A stretch of 64,000 bases of DNA from Alphaproteobacteria bacterium (lineage in GTDB: Bacteria; Pseudomonadota; Alphaproteobacteria; SP197). Below the pieces are notes generated by a model, which saw only the letters and a list, made by a program, of their open reading frames with translations, had not been told where the DNA came from and made no database searches. Positions 51,698 through 61,063 of the stretch are shown one piece after another. The stretch spans positions 2,144,001 to 2,208,000 of the forward strand of contig OZ219747.1 of assembly GCA_964291265.2 (NCBI GenBank). The letters are read 5' to 3'. The first letter of the stretch is position 1, and every line of letters starts with the position of its first letter. The translations under genes and the position numbers were made by a program.

Positions 51698-54044
51698 CTT
51701 TCAAAGGATCGGACTTGTATAGGTGATTCGTTTCGTGCATGCTGCGGGCATGCAGGTTGGTCTCCGCCATTTCGATTCGCAGACGCTTGACTGGTTTGCC
51801 GGCGCGTTGCGCTCCGCCGACGCCACCCGTCACGGTCTGGCACGCGAGCTTTGCGAGCGCACCGGTTGGCGCAACGCGCTCGGCCGTCCGTGCCTGTCGG
51901 CGGCGGCGAAGGTGCTGCCGGCGCTCGCCGAGCGCGTGGGGTTCGAGCTTCCGCCGCCGCGGAGCGTGCCTGATCCGACCGTCGTGCCCGCCGTCCCGGC
52001 CGGTGAGGTCCCCGACACCAAGCTGGTCTGCCTGCTGGAGGATCTCGGCCCGGTCTCGCTCGAACCGGTGGGCGACGCCGACGATCGCCGTCTCTGGGAG
52101 GCGATGATGGCGACGCACCACCCGCTGGGATGGACGCGCTCGCCCGGCGGCCAGGTGCGCTACTGGATCCGCTCGCAGCGCCACGGCACCCTCGGCGGGA
52201 TCGGCTTCGGGTCCGCGACCTGGCAGCTGCGGGCGCGGGATGAGTGGATCGCATGGTCCGCCGACGCCCGTGCCGCCAACATCGAGCGTGTGATCTGCCA
52301 TCATCGGTTTCTCCTGCTTCCCGGCGTTCGGGTCTACGGACTGGCCTCCCGGGTCCTGCGCATGGCGGCGGAGCGCATCGCCGACGACTGGGAGGCCCGC
52401 TATGCGGTGCGCCCGGTGGCGGCCTACACTCATGTCGGTGCGGAGCACAGCGGCTATTGCTACCACTGCGCCGGCTGGACCGTGGCCGGGCGGACCAGCG
52501 GGCGCCGCGGCGAGGTTGGCACGGTGCGGGTCCTGGCCCTGGAGAGCGGCTGGCGGACGGTGCTCCACGGGACACAGCGCCGTCCACTCGGCGCCCTGGC
52601 GGGCGTCTATGACGGCACTGACGCGGACTGGGCGGAGCGGGAGTACGGGCGCACGCGCCATACCGACGGTCGGGTGCGACGACGCATCGTTGACATGGGC
52701 CGGGCCTGGATGAAGAACATGGGGGAGGACCTGCCGATCATCTTTCCCGAGAAGGCGGAGCAGAAGGCCGCTTATCGGTTGCTGTCGAACCCGAGGGTAT
52801 CCATGGAGCACGTTCTGGAAGCGCATGTTGAGGCGACCGTGGAGCGTTGTCGGACAGAGCCTCTTGTCCTTGCGATACAGGACACGACGGCGATCAACTA
52901 CAGCGGCCTGGAGGCCACGAAGGGTCTGGACAAGCTCGGCGGCGGTGGCAAGGGGAGCGTCGGCATCCTCGCCCACGCCGGTCTGGCGGTGACATCGGAG
53001 GGCCGGCCGCTGGGCCTGTTCACGATGGATGCGGCCTTCCGGCAGGAGCCTGGGGAGGACAGTCAGCGCTGGGTCACCGGGCTCGAGCGGGCCCGGGAGC
53101 TCGCGGCGGCCTGCCCGGACACGCGTGTGGTCTCGGTCTGCGACCGCGAGGGCGACTTCCGGGAACTGCTCGCCCATGCCGCGGACGCCGGGGCCGCGCT
53201 GCTGGTGCGTGCGAGCCGTTCGGCGAAACAGCGCGTGCGGACGCCCGACGGCAAAGAGACGTGCCTGTGGAAGCATGTCGCGGCCCGGCCGCTGGTCGCG
53301 GTGACGGAGCTGACGATCCCGGCCGCTGGCGGCCCGCGCGCCCGCAAGGAGCGCGTCGCCCGTCTCGAGATCCGCACGGCACAGGTCGAGGTGGCGCCGC
53401 CGCAAAAGGAGCGCGACGCGGAGCCTGTGTCCATGTTCGCGGTCTCGGCCAGCGAGGCCGGAACCGATGACGGCGACGAGGCCCTGCACTGGCTGCTGCT
53501 GACCACCGAGCGCCCGGCACCAGGGGAGGCCGAGGCCGTGCACGCGGCGACCGTCCTGGGCTGGTACCGGACGCGATGGAGCATCGAGACCTGGTTCCGC
53601 ACGCTGAAGACCGGGACCCGGATCAAGGACCGCCGGCTCGACAGGGCCGACGACCTGAAGACGTGCCTTGCCTTCGACGCCGTCACCGCCGTCCATGTTG
53701 CCGACCTGACCGTGCTTGCGCGCGAGCGTCCCTTGACCCCGGCGAGCGAGGTGTTTGCCGAGGAGGACATCGACCTGCTCGGCACGCTGCTGGAATCCCA
53801 GGGTCACCGGGAGGTCCGGGCGATGGGCGATGTCCGTGCCGTCGTCATCGGCCTTGGGCGCCTTGTCGGGTGGCATCCCACGCCGCGCCAGACGCTCCCG
53901 GGAGCGAAGAAGCTCTGGCAGGGTCTCGAAAGGCTGAACTGGGCGATCCAGGTGCGTGACGCACTTGGCGCAAGAAGGCGGCGCGAAGCACTCGGTGAGA
54001 GAAGGCGGGAGTAACATCCCTATACACGCGTGGGTGGTTGAAAG
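51698..54044 (+). mobile_element. IS4-family (IS50/Tn5-like) element, 2,347 bp
   Basis: Ends CTTTCAA...TTGAAAG with internal TGTATAGG/CCTATACA; 9-bp direct repeat GTCCGGGAC at 51689-51697 and 54045-54053. Confidence 0.92.
51723..54014 (+). CDS. IS4/IS50-type transposase with N-terminal DruA/DUF4338-like domain
   Basis: C-terminal part has WAEREY, AAYRLLSN, IQDTT, CDREGD, WLLLTT and YRTRWSIETWFRTLK; N-terminal part has HHPLG...VRY...ARDEWIAW...RFLLLP...LAS...YHCAGW..GRTSGR. Confidence 0.88.
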   Translation: MIRFVHAAGMQVGLRHFDSQTLDWFAGALRSADATRHGLARELCERTGWRNALGRPCLSAAAKVLPALAERVGFELPPPRSVPDPTVVPAVPAGEVPDTKLVCLLEDLGPVSLEPVGDADDRRLWEAMMATHHPLGWTRSPGGQVRYWIRSQRHGTLGGIGFGSATWQLRARDEWIAWSADARAANIERVICHHRFLLLPGVRVYGLASRVLRMAAERIADDWEARYAVRPVAAYTHVGAEHSGYCYHCAGWTVAGRTSGRRGEVGTVRVLALESGWRTVLHGTQRRPLGALAGVYDGTDADWAEREYGRTRHTDGRVRRRIVDMGRAWMKNMGEDLPIIFPEKAEQKAAYRLLSNPRVSMEHVLEAHVEATVERCRTEPLVLAIQDTTAINYSGLEATKGLDKLGGGGKGSVGILAHAGLAVTSEGRPLGLFTMDAAFRQEPGEDSQRWVTGLERARELAAACPDTRVVSVCDREGDFRELLAHAADAGAALLVRASRSAKQRVRTPDGKETCLWKHVAARPLVAVTELTIPAAGGPRARKERVARLEIRTAQVEVAPPQKERDAEPVSMFAVSASEAGTDDGDEALHWLLLTTERPAPGEAEAVHAATVLGWYRTRWSIETWFRTLKTGTRIKDRRLDRADDLKTCLAFDAVTAVHVADLTVLARERPLTPASEVFAEEDIDLLGTLLESQGHREVRAMGDVRAVVIGLGRLVGWHPTPRQTLPGAKKLWQGLERLNWAIQVRDALGARRRREALGERRRE

Positions 54045-55434
54045 GTCCGGGACTGGCAGGACGCGCTGGCGAAGGACTGGATCGCGGAGGCGCCGGATGT
54101 CTGCGCGACACTGTCGGTGGACGGGCACGTGAAGGTATATTCGGGCCGCAAGGGTCGCCTGCCGAAGCACTTCGTGTCACGTCAGAAGCTCTGTCTGCCG
54201 GCCTCGACAGGCTATTGGGTCAACGCGCTCGGCGGCCGGCCGCTCCTGTGCCTGCACAAGGACCTCGATCCGACCATGACGCACGCGCTGGAGCACGACA
54301 TCCTGCCCGCGCTGGAGCGGCTCGGCCTGCCGGGGCCGGACGCGCCGGACCTCGCCAGGGGAGAGGCGGTCGCGCCGGGGCTGACGCTGGTGTTCGACCG
54401 CGAGGGCTGGAGCCCGGCGCTGTTCGCCCGCCTCGCTCGGCGCGGGGTGGCGGTGATCACCTGGCACAAGGGGTTCCGGAGCGGTCCCTGGCCACAGGGA
54501 GAGTTCCGCACGGTCCGGGTGCCGCTCCACTCACCAGGTGGCGTCCGCACCGCCGAGGTGCGGCTCGCACAGAGACGGATCACGCTGTCCGGCGGGCCGC
54601 AGGTGCGCCAGATCCGGCGTCTTCTGGACAGCGGCCGGCAGGTGCCGCTGATCACCACGGACATGCACACGCCCATGGAGCGGGTCGCCGGCGCGCTGTT
54701 CTCGCGCTGGTCCCAGGAGAACTTCTTCAAGTCCATGCGCCAGGAGTTCGGCATCGACGCGCTGGCCGTGCACGGCCTTGTCGAGCAGGACCCCGAAGCG
54801 CGCGTCGTCCATCCGCACTGGCGCCGCTGCGACCGCCGCATCCGCCAGCTGCGCCAGAAGCTCGGCACACTGCGCAACCGCGTCGCCGACCTGCTCAAGG
54901 GCGCCCCGTCCGACACCGCCATCACGGCCGCCGCAACGCTGCAGGACAAGATCGTGACGCTCGACGCCGAGCACGAGGCGCTCAAGGTCCGGCGTGCAGA
55001 AATCCCGAAACATGTCACCGTGGCCGAGCTCGACGAGAACGACAGGCTCGACGCCCTGCCCTCCAGCGAGAGGCTGCTGCTCGACATCGTTCGCATGATC
55101 GCCTACCGCGCCGAAACCCGGATGATGGCCGCCGTCGCCCAGGCCCAGGGCGCAAAGCAGCGCCCGCGACGCCCTCTCGCCGAACTGTTCCAGTCGGACG
55201 CCGACATCATCCCCGATCAGGAAAACCGCGTCCTGCGGGTGCGCTTCCTCGGCACCGCCAGCAACGCGCGCGACGCCGACATCGCCGGACTGCTCGACGC
55301 ACTCAACCAGACGCGCACGACCTTCCCAGGAACCGACCTGCGCATGATCTACGAACTGCCAGACAACCCACCCAAACTCGGCCCAGAAGCATCAAACTGA
55401 TTGGACAAATTCATAGCCGAGGTCAGGACGTCTG

Positions 55435-56142
55435 AAGCTGGGCCATGAAACTCGCTGTCATGCCCTGGCGCCGCGCATGGGCCTTGGTCAGGGTCTTGAA
55501 GAGGACGGCATCGTCGGCGGCCTTCAAGGGGGCGCCTGCTTCGAGAGTCGCTTCGAAACAGCCGGGACCGAGTTCGAGCCCCAGGCTGAAGAGATCGATG
55601 CCTGCCGCGCAGACCCGCCCTTCGAGAGACGTCACGTAGTCGCCGTGGATGGTCGCCGACTGGCTGCCCCAGCAGCGGTTGTCGGCTGCGAAGAGTTCGA
55701 TTCCGTCGCCGAACCCGTTCGCGCGCAGGGATTCAGCCGTCTCCGTGAGGACGTGGAACTCGAACTCCATGGCCGCACGAACGGCGTATCCCGCATCGCC
55801 CGCGCGGGCGACCTGGTCGGCGAGCACCTGACGCGGACTCAAGGCACGGGACGGGCCGTCATAGTCGGCGAAGACGATGAACGAATCCTTCTCGAACGGC
55901 CAGTCGCGTACGCTCGTCCAGTCGAGGACGACAGGCTCGCCCACGAACGGTGGCGTGCCGGTCACTTCTTCGGCGATGTCCCACTTGTGGAGTACGTTGA
56001 CGAAGGTCCCGGATGCAGCAAACGTCGTTGCGATGTCGTCAAGCCTGAGGCGTCGACCCCGCAGGCTGCCATCGAGATCGGGAATGACGACATGACCGAT
56101 ACGCTTGCCTGCCTCGCGCAGCCGCGAAAGAACATCGTTCAC
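55435..56142 (-). pseudogene. Glutamine synthetase family gene, N-terminal part (IS-interrupted)
   Basis: DLDGSLRGRR, AMEFEF, ELGPGCFE, AADDAVLFK and TASFMAQL, then the IS; start inferred. Confidence 0.9.
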
Positions 56143-56155
56143 TGACGATGGATGT

Positions 56156-56992
56156 TCAGCACCCGAGAGCACGGGCGTGGTGTTCAAAGTGATCGGCGAG
56201 AAAACTCTGGATGAACCAGTAGCTGTGGTCGTAGCCCTCGCGCATGTTGAGCGTCAGCGGTTGTCCGGTATCCTTGCAGGCGGCGGCCAGGGCGTCGGGA
56301 AGCAGGTTGGGAAGGAACTCGTCCTCGGTCCCCTGGTCGGCGAGGATCGGCGTCGTGCGGTGACCGGAGCGGATCAGATCGACGACATCGTAGCGCCGCC
56401 AGGTCTCCCGGTCATCGCCGAGGTAACGCTGCAAGGCGTCGCTCCCCATCTGGCAGCCCATGAGGGAATTCATCGGCGCCAGTGCCGAAACCGAACGGAA
56501 CATGCCGGGATTCTTGAGGGCAAGGGACAGTGCGCCATGGCCGCCCATGGAGTGCCCGAAGATGCTCATCCTCTGCGGGTCGCCGGGAAAGGCATCGGCG
56601 ATGACACCGGGAAGCTCTCGGATGATGTAGCTCTCCATGCGGTAGTGCCGGGACCAGGGTTCGACGGTCGCATCAAGGTAGAATCCCGCTCCCGTTCCGA
56701 AGGCCCAGTCGTCGTCTTCGCCTTCGATGCCGGTGTCGCGCGGGCTGGTATCGGGGGCCACCACGAGAAACCCGGCATCTGCTGCCAGGCGCTGGGCGCC
56801 GGCCTTGATGGTGAAGTTCTCGTCCGTGCAGGTCAGGCCCGACAGCCACAGGAGGATCGGCGCCCTTTCCTGCGACGCTGCCGCCGGCGTGAACACGGAA
56901 AATGCCATGGGAAGGCCGATTTCACGTGAGGCGTGCCGGTAGAACCCCTGCATGCCGCCGTGACACCGGCTGAGCGAGACGGTTTCCACCAT
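56156..56992 (-). CDS. fghA: S-formylglutathione hydrolase
   Basis: WLSGLTC, PDTSPR, GAGFY, GHSMGGHG and GYDHSY motifs. Confidence 0.96.
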   Translation of the reverse strand: MVETVSLSRCHGGMQGFYRHASREIGLPMAFSVFTPAAASQERAPILLWLSGLTCTDENFTIKAGAQRLAADAGFLVVAPDTSPRDTGIEGEDDDWAFGTGAGFYLDATVEPWSRHYRMESYIIRELPGVIADAFPGDPQRMSIFGHSMGGHGALSLALKNPGMFRSVSALAPMNSLMGCQMGSDALQRYLGDDRETWRRYDVVDLIRSGHRTTPILADQGTEDEFLPNLLPDALAAACKDTGQPLTLNMREGYDHSYWFIQSFLADHFEHHARALGC

Positions 56993-56995
56993 GGG

Positions 56996-58105
56996 TCAGT
57001 AGATCACGACGCTGCGGATTGACTCACCCTCGTGCATCAGGTGGAAGGCGTCGTTGATACCCTCGAGTGGCATGGTGTGGGTGATCATGTCGTCGATGTT
57101 GATCTTTCCGTCCATGTACCAGTCGACAATTCTCGGCACGTCCGTGCGTCCCTTGGCGCCGCCGAAGGCCGTGCCCCGCCAGACCCGGCCGGTCACCAGC
57201 TGGAACGGACGGGTGGAGATCTCGGCCCCGGCAGGCGCCACACCGATGATGATGGATTCGCCCCACCCCTTGTGGGCGCATTCCAGCGCCTGACGCATGG
57301 TGGTGACATTGCCGATGCACTCGAAACTGTAGTCGGCGCCCCCTCTGGTCAGGTTCACGAGCCAGGGAACGAGGTCACCCTCGACCTCCTTCGGGTTGAC
57401 GAAGTGGGTCATGCCAAACGCCTTGCCGAGATCCTCACGTGCCGGGTTGATGTCGACGCCAACGATCATGTCAGCGCCGACGAGACGCAGGCCCTGGATG
57501 ACATTGAGGCCGATTCCGCCGAGACCGAACACCACGCAGTTGCTGCCCGGCTCCACCTTGGCAGTGTTGATGACGGCGCCGATGCCGGTGGTCACACCGC
57601 AGCCGATGTAGCAGATCTTGTCGAAGGGGGCGTCCTCGCGGACCTTGGCGACAGCGATCTCGGGAACCACCGTGTGGTTCGAGAACGTCGACGTGCCCAT
57701 GTAATGGAAGATCCTCTCCCCGCCGATCGAGAACCGGCTGGTGCCGTCCGGCATGACGCCCTGTCCCTGCGTCACCCTGATGGCCTGGCAGAGGTTCGTC
57801 TTGCCCGAGGTGCAGTACTCGCACTGCCTGCATTCCGGCGTATAGAGCGGGATGACATGATCGCCCTTCCTGAGACTCGAGACCCCCGGGCCGACATCGA
57901 CGACAACGCCGGCCCCCTCGTGACCGAGTATGGCCGGAAAGATGCCTTCGGGATCGGCTCCCGACAGGGTGAAGGCGTCGGTATGGCAGATGCCGGTTGC
58001 CTTGACCTCGACAAGAACCTCGCCTTCGCGGGGCCCTTCGAGGTCCACTTCCTCGATCGTGAGCGGCGCATCCGCCTTGTGGGCAACAGCAGCGCGGGTT
58101 TTCAT
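56996..58105 (-). CDS. frmA: S-(hydroxymethyl)glutathione dehydrogenase / class III alcohol dehydrogenase
   Basis: GICHTD, GHEG, Zn Cys cluster, ISTRPFQLVTGRVWRGTAFGG. Confidence 0.96.
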   Translation of the reverse strand: MKTRAAVAHKADAPLTIEEVDLEGPREGEVLVEVKATGICHTDAFTLSGADPEGIFPAILGHEGAGVVVDVGPGVSSLRKGDHVIPLYTPECRQCEYCTSGKTNLCQAIRVTQGQGVMPDGTSRFSIGGERIFHYMGTSTFSNHTVVPEIAVAKVREDAPFDKICYIGCGVTTGIGAVINTAKVEPGSNCVVFGLGGIGLNVIQGLRLVGADMIVGVDINPAREDLGKAFGMTHFVNPKEVEGDLVPWLVNLTRGGADYSFECIGNVTTMRQALECAHKGWGESIIIGVAPAGAEISTRPFQLVTGRVWRGTAFGGAKGRTDVPRIVDWYMDGKINIDDMITHTMPLEGINDAFHLMHEGESIRSVVIY

Positions 58106-58198
58106 GGCATCCTCCCGGTATCGTTGAACCGGATCATGGTGGCGGTGCGCCGGGGACAATGCAAGACGTGGATTCCATGAAGGAAGCCCGCTGCGTCC

Positions 58199-58921
58199 TT
58201 ACTCGGCCAGAAGGTCCGGCAGGTCCGCCACGCTGTCGATGATGACATCGAACCAGGGCTCGAGCTGGTCCCGGGTGGCGCTTCCGGTCAACACGCCGAT
58301 GGCGGCGCCCAGTCCGGCGGCGCGGGCCATTCCGGCATCGGCCGCGGCATCGCCGATCATCGCCACCTCCCAGGGATCGAGCCCGGTGTGCCGGCAGAAT
58401 GCCTCGCCCATGCCAGGACCTGGCTTGCCGCCGAATCCTCCGTCGGAACCGCACACGAAGGTGAGGTGGTCGCGGATTCCCAACTGCCGCACGGCAAGCT
58501 CCGCCAGTTCCGTGTCATCGTTCGTGGCCATACCGAGGCGGTAGCCGACCCTTGCGAGATGGTCGAAGAGGGCGGGCATGTCCGCCGTCGCCACCAGCCC
58601 GTCCAGAGATGTCTCGCGGAAGACCCCGAAGAGCAGGCCTTCGAGGTCGGGAGGCGCGGTCTCCGCGAGGATGGCGTTCCAGCACCGGACGATGTCCTGA
58701 TTGGTGCCACTGGCCAGCATGGAATCGACCTCGAAGATGCCGAGGGACCGGTCGTATCCGGCTTCACGGAGCAGGTGATCGGCGATGTCGGGCTGCCCGG
58801 CGGCTCCGGCGACGCGCGATGCCGCTTCGCAGAACGCCGGAATCCAGGTCTCGTTGAAGGCCACAAGGGTGCCATCCTTGTCGAAGAGGAGGCCCCTGAT
58901 GGCGCGTTTCCCGTCTTTCAT
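58199..58921 (-). CDS. HAD-family hydrolase (phosphatase-like)
   Basis: FDKDGTL, ATND, KP and IGDAAAD motifs. Confidence 0.9.
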   Translation of the reverse strand: MKDGKRAIRGLLFDKDGTLVAFNETWIPAFCEAASRVAGAAGQPDIADHLLREAGYDRSLGIFEVDSMLASGTNQDIVRCWNAILAETAPPDLEGLLFGVFRETSLDGLVATADMPALFDHLARVGYRLGMATNDDTELAELAVRQLGIRDHLTFVCGSDGGFGGKPGPGMGEAFCRHTGLDPWEVAMIGDAAADAGMARAAGLGAAIGVLTGSATRDQLEPWFDVIIDSVADLPDLLAE

Positions 58922-59766
58922 GGCGCCGCCAGCCGGCGGCGTCGCCACGCGATCTCGCGGTTCCACAGCGTTTCGTCAGGGGCGCGTCGGCGGCGCACCA
59001 GGCACCAGGCAAGGGACACGGCTAGGGCGACGCGAATCCAGTCCGCCAGGGCCCTCGACTCGCCTTCCATGCTGGTTGCCGCAAGGAGAATCCGGCGTTC
59101 TTGCCCCTCGAGACCGGCCTCCGACGCGAAGTAGGCCGGATCCCACAGCGGGTGGCAGAGAGCCGCATACTCCCAGTCCAGGAAGGTGACGCTGGTTCCG
59201 TCATCGATGATGTTCGCGGCGACGGGATCGACATGGGAAGCGACCGGCGTGGCGTCCGCGGGATGGCAGACATGCCTCAGGGCGTCCACGACGGCCCAGC
59301 CGGCGCCGAAGGTGTCCGGCGCTTCGGGCGAGGTGCACCCCGCGTCGTCAAGATAGGTCTCCAGCTTCTCCCAGGGATCCATCACGCCGGTGAACCCGGT
59401 GGCCTGTCTGAGCTTCCGGAAGGCGCGGCCCAACCTCTGCAGGACAGGTGCGGCGAAGGGGCGTTCCATGGCGTCCAGAAGCCGACCATCCGCGAAACGA
59501 TAGAGAATCAGCCCTCTGCCGGGATCGGCCGCCAGGATGTGTGGCGCGACGCCGAGGGAAGACGCCACCCTCATGTGGTCGCACTCCCGCGAACGGTCGA
59601 CGATGTCCGCGTTCCCGCTCCCGGCAAGACGCAGGACGACATCGTCTCCTGCAAGGAGGAGACGCACGGCCCGGTTCGCGCTTCCGCGATATGTGTCCGT
59701 GATCTGCAGATCGCGCGGATCGCGACCGAGATGTTCGAGGGCACGGGCGATCTCCGGATGGGTCAT
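58918..59766 (-). CDS. Choline/ethanolamine kinase-like phosphotransferase
   Basis: VLRLAG...VDRSRE, SHVDPVAANI and LDWEYA; ATGA-coupled to the HAD gene. Confidence 0.82.
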   Translation of the reverse strand: MTHPEIARALEHLGRDPRDLQITDTYRGSANRAVRLLLAGDDVVLRLAGSGNADIVDRSRECDHMRVASSLGVAPHILAADPGRGLILYRFADGRLLDAMERPFAAPVLQRLGRAFRKLRQATGFTGVMDPWEKLETYLDDAGCTSPEAPDTFGAGWAVVDALRHVCHPADATPVASHVDPVAANIIDDGTSVTFLDWEYAALCHPLWDPAYFASEAGLEGQERRILLAATSMEGESRALADWIRVALAVSLAWCLVRRRRAPDETLWNREIAWRRRRLAAP

Positions 59767-59814
59767 GGCGGCGCACCTTGCCCCGAGGCGCCGCGACTGG
59801 CAAGACTGCCGGTC

Positions 59815-60405
59815 ATGGCCGACAGTCTTGCCATCCTGCTGGAGGAAATCCGCGCCTGTCGCATGTGTGCCGGGGACCTTCCCTGCGGCCCGCGGCCTGT
59901 CATCAGAGCCGAATCGGGCGCCCGGCTGCTGATCATCGGACAGGCGCCAGGCTCCCGTGTCCATGCCAGCGGCATTCCCTGGGATGATGCCAGCGGTGAC
60001 CGTCTGAGAACGTGGATGGCCATCGACAGGACCGTCTTCTACGACACCCGGCGCATTGCCATCATGCCCATGGGCTTCTGCTATCCCGGCAGGGACAGGA
60101 ATGGCGGCGACCGGCCGCCGCGCCCGGAGTGCGCACCCTTGTGGCATGAACGGGTCCTGAAGCGCCTGCCGTCAGTCGAACTCACCCTGCTGGTTGGACG
60201 CTACGCCCAGGCGCGCTATCTGCCGCCGGCAGGGCGCATGACCATGACGGAAACCGTGGCGGCGTGGCGCGTCCACCTGCCTTCCGTTCTTACCCTGCCT
60301 CATCCCTCATGGCGCAACACGGCCTGGCTGCGGCGCCATCCCTGGTTTGCCACGGATGTCCTTCCCGAACTCCGCCGACGGACGGCCGCATTGACCGGTT
60401 CCTGA
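59815..60405 (+). CDS. Uracil-DNA glycosylase superfamily protein
   Basis: CRMC, IIGQAPG, WDDASGDRLR, FCYPG and LPHPSWRN motifs. Confidence 0.92.
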   Translation: MADSLAILLEEIRACRMCAGDLPCGPRPVIRAESGARLLIIGQAPGSRVHASGIPWDDASGDRLRTWMAIDRTVFYDTRRIAIMPMGFCYPGRDRNGGDRPPRPECAPLWHERVLKRLPSVELTLLVGRYAQARYLPPAGRMTMTETVAAWRVHLPSVLTLPHPSWRNTAWLRRHPWFATDVLPELRRRTAALTGS

Positions 60406-60421
60406 TCCCCTTGCCGCGGCC

Positions 60422-61057
60422 TCAGGGCAGGAGACTGCCTAGAGCGTAGACTCCGAAGGCAAGGACGACGAGGCCGGAACCGGCGTTGAGCCAGGCCAGT
60501 CCCTTGCCCGTGAAACTGGACCGCATCCACGCACTGATCGTGGCGAGGGTGAACCACCAGGCCGCAGCGCCGGTCAGCACGCCGGAGATGACCACCCAGG
60601 AATCGATGAGACCGTCGATGGCCTCCAGAGCGTGAATGGCCGCAAACAGGGAAACGAAGGCGATGAAGGTGATCGGATTGAAGAGAGTCACCGCAAGGGC
60701 GGTGGCAAAGGCATGCATCAGGGTCTCGTGACCGGTGGCGTGGGCGCGGGAAAGTGTCGCCTGCGAGAGGGTTTTCGACTTCAACACGGCGTGGCTGCCC
60801 AGAACCACCAGAATTCCGCCGCCCAGACCCTGGATGATCATGCGATTCTCGGACAGGAATGTCTCGACGGCGCCGACCGAGAGGACGGCGAGAGCCCCGA
60901 AAACGGTGTCAGCCAGCGTCGCCCCCAGCCCGGTGGCGTAACCGGTGAGGCGGCCGTCAAGCAGGGTCCTCTGGATGCACAGCACGGCAACCGGTCCGAC
61001 GGGAGCGGCGACGAGGAACCCCACGACCATGCCGGTGACGAGGAGCTGGATGTCCAT
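60422..61057 (-). CDS. LysE family translocator
   Basis: AAPVGPVAVLCIQRTL, GLGATLAD and TLFNP; multiple TM segments. Confidence 0.9.
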   Translation of the reverse strand: MDIQLLVTGMVVGFLVAAPVGPVAVLCIQRTLLDGRLTGYATGLGATLADTVFGALAVLSVGAVETFLSENRMIIQGLGGGILVVLGSHAVLKSKTLSQATLSRAHATGHETLMHAFATALAVTLFNPITFIAFVSLFAAIHALEAIDGLIDSWVVISGVLTGAAAWWFTLATISAWMRSSFTGKGLAWLNAGSGLVVLAFGVYALGSLLP

Positions 61058-61063
61058 GGCCGA

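Larger units (their letters stand above)
50780..55400 (+). pseudogene. Transposase of copy 2, split into 50780-51697 and 54054-55400
   Basis: Near-identical to 16290-18554; broken at QRVRD|WQDAL. Confidence 0.92.
50633..55434 (+). mobile_element. IS element copy 2 (754-aa transposase family), both IRs present, containing a nested IS4 element
   Basis: Perfect IRs CAGACGTCCTGACCTC (50633-50648) and GAGGTCAGGACGTCTG (55419-55434); flanks AAACT/AAGCT; exact ends uncertain by 1 nt. Confidence 0.92.

Noticed and set aside
51723-52600. A complete Druantia defence system
   Set aside because: Only a DruA-like domain is present, inside an IS; no DruE helicase or other dru genes are seen.
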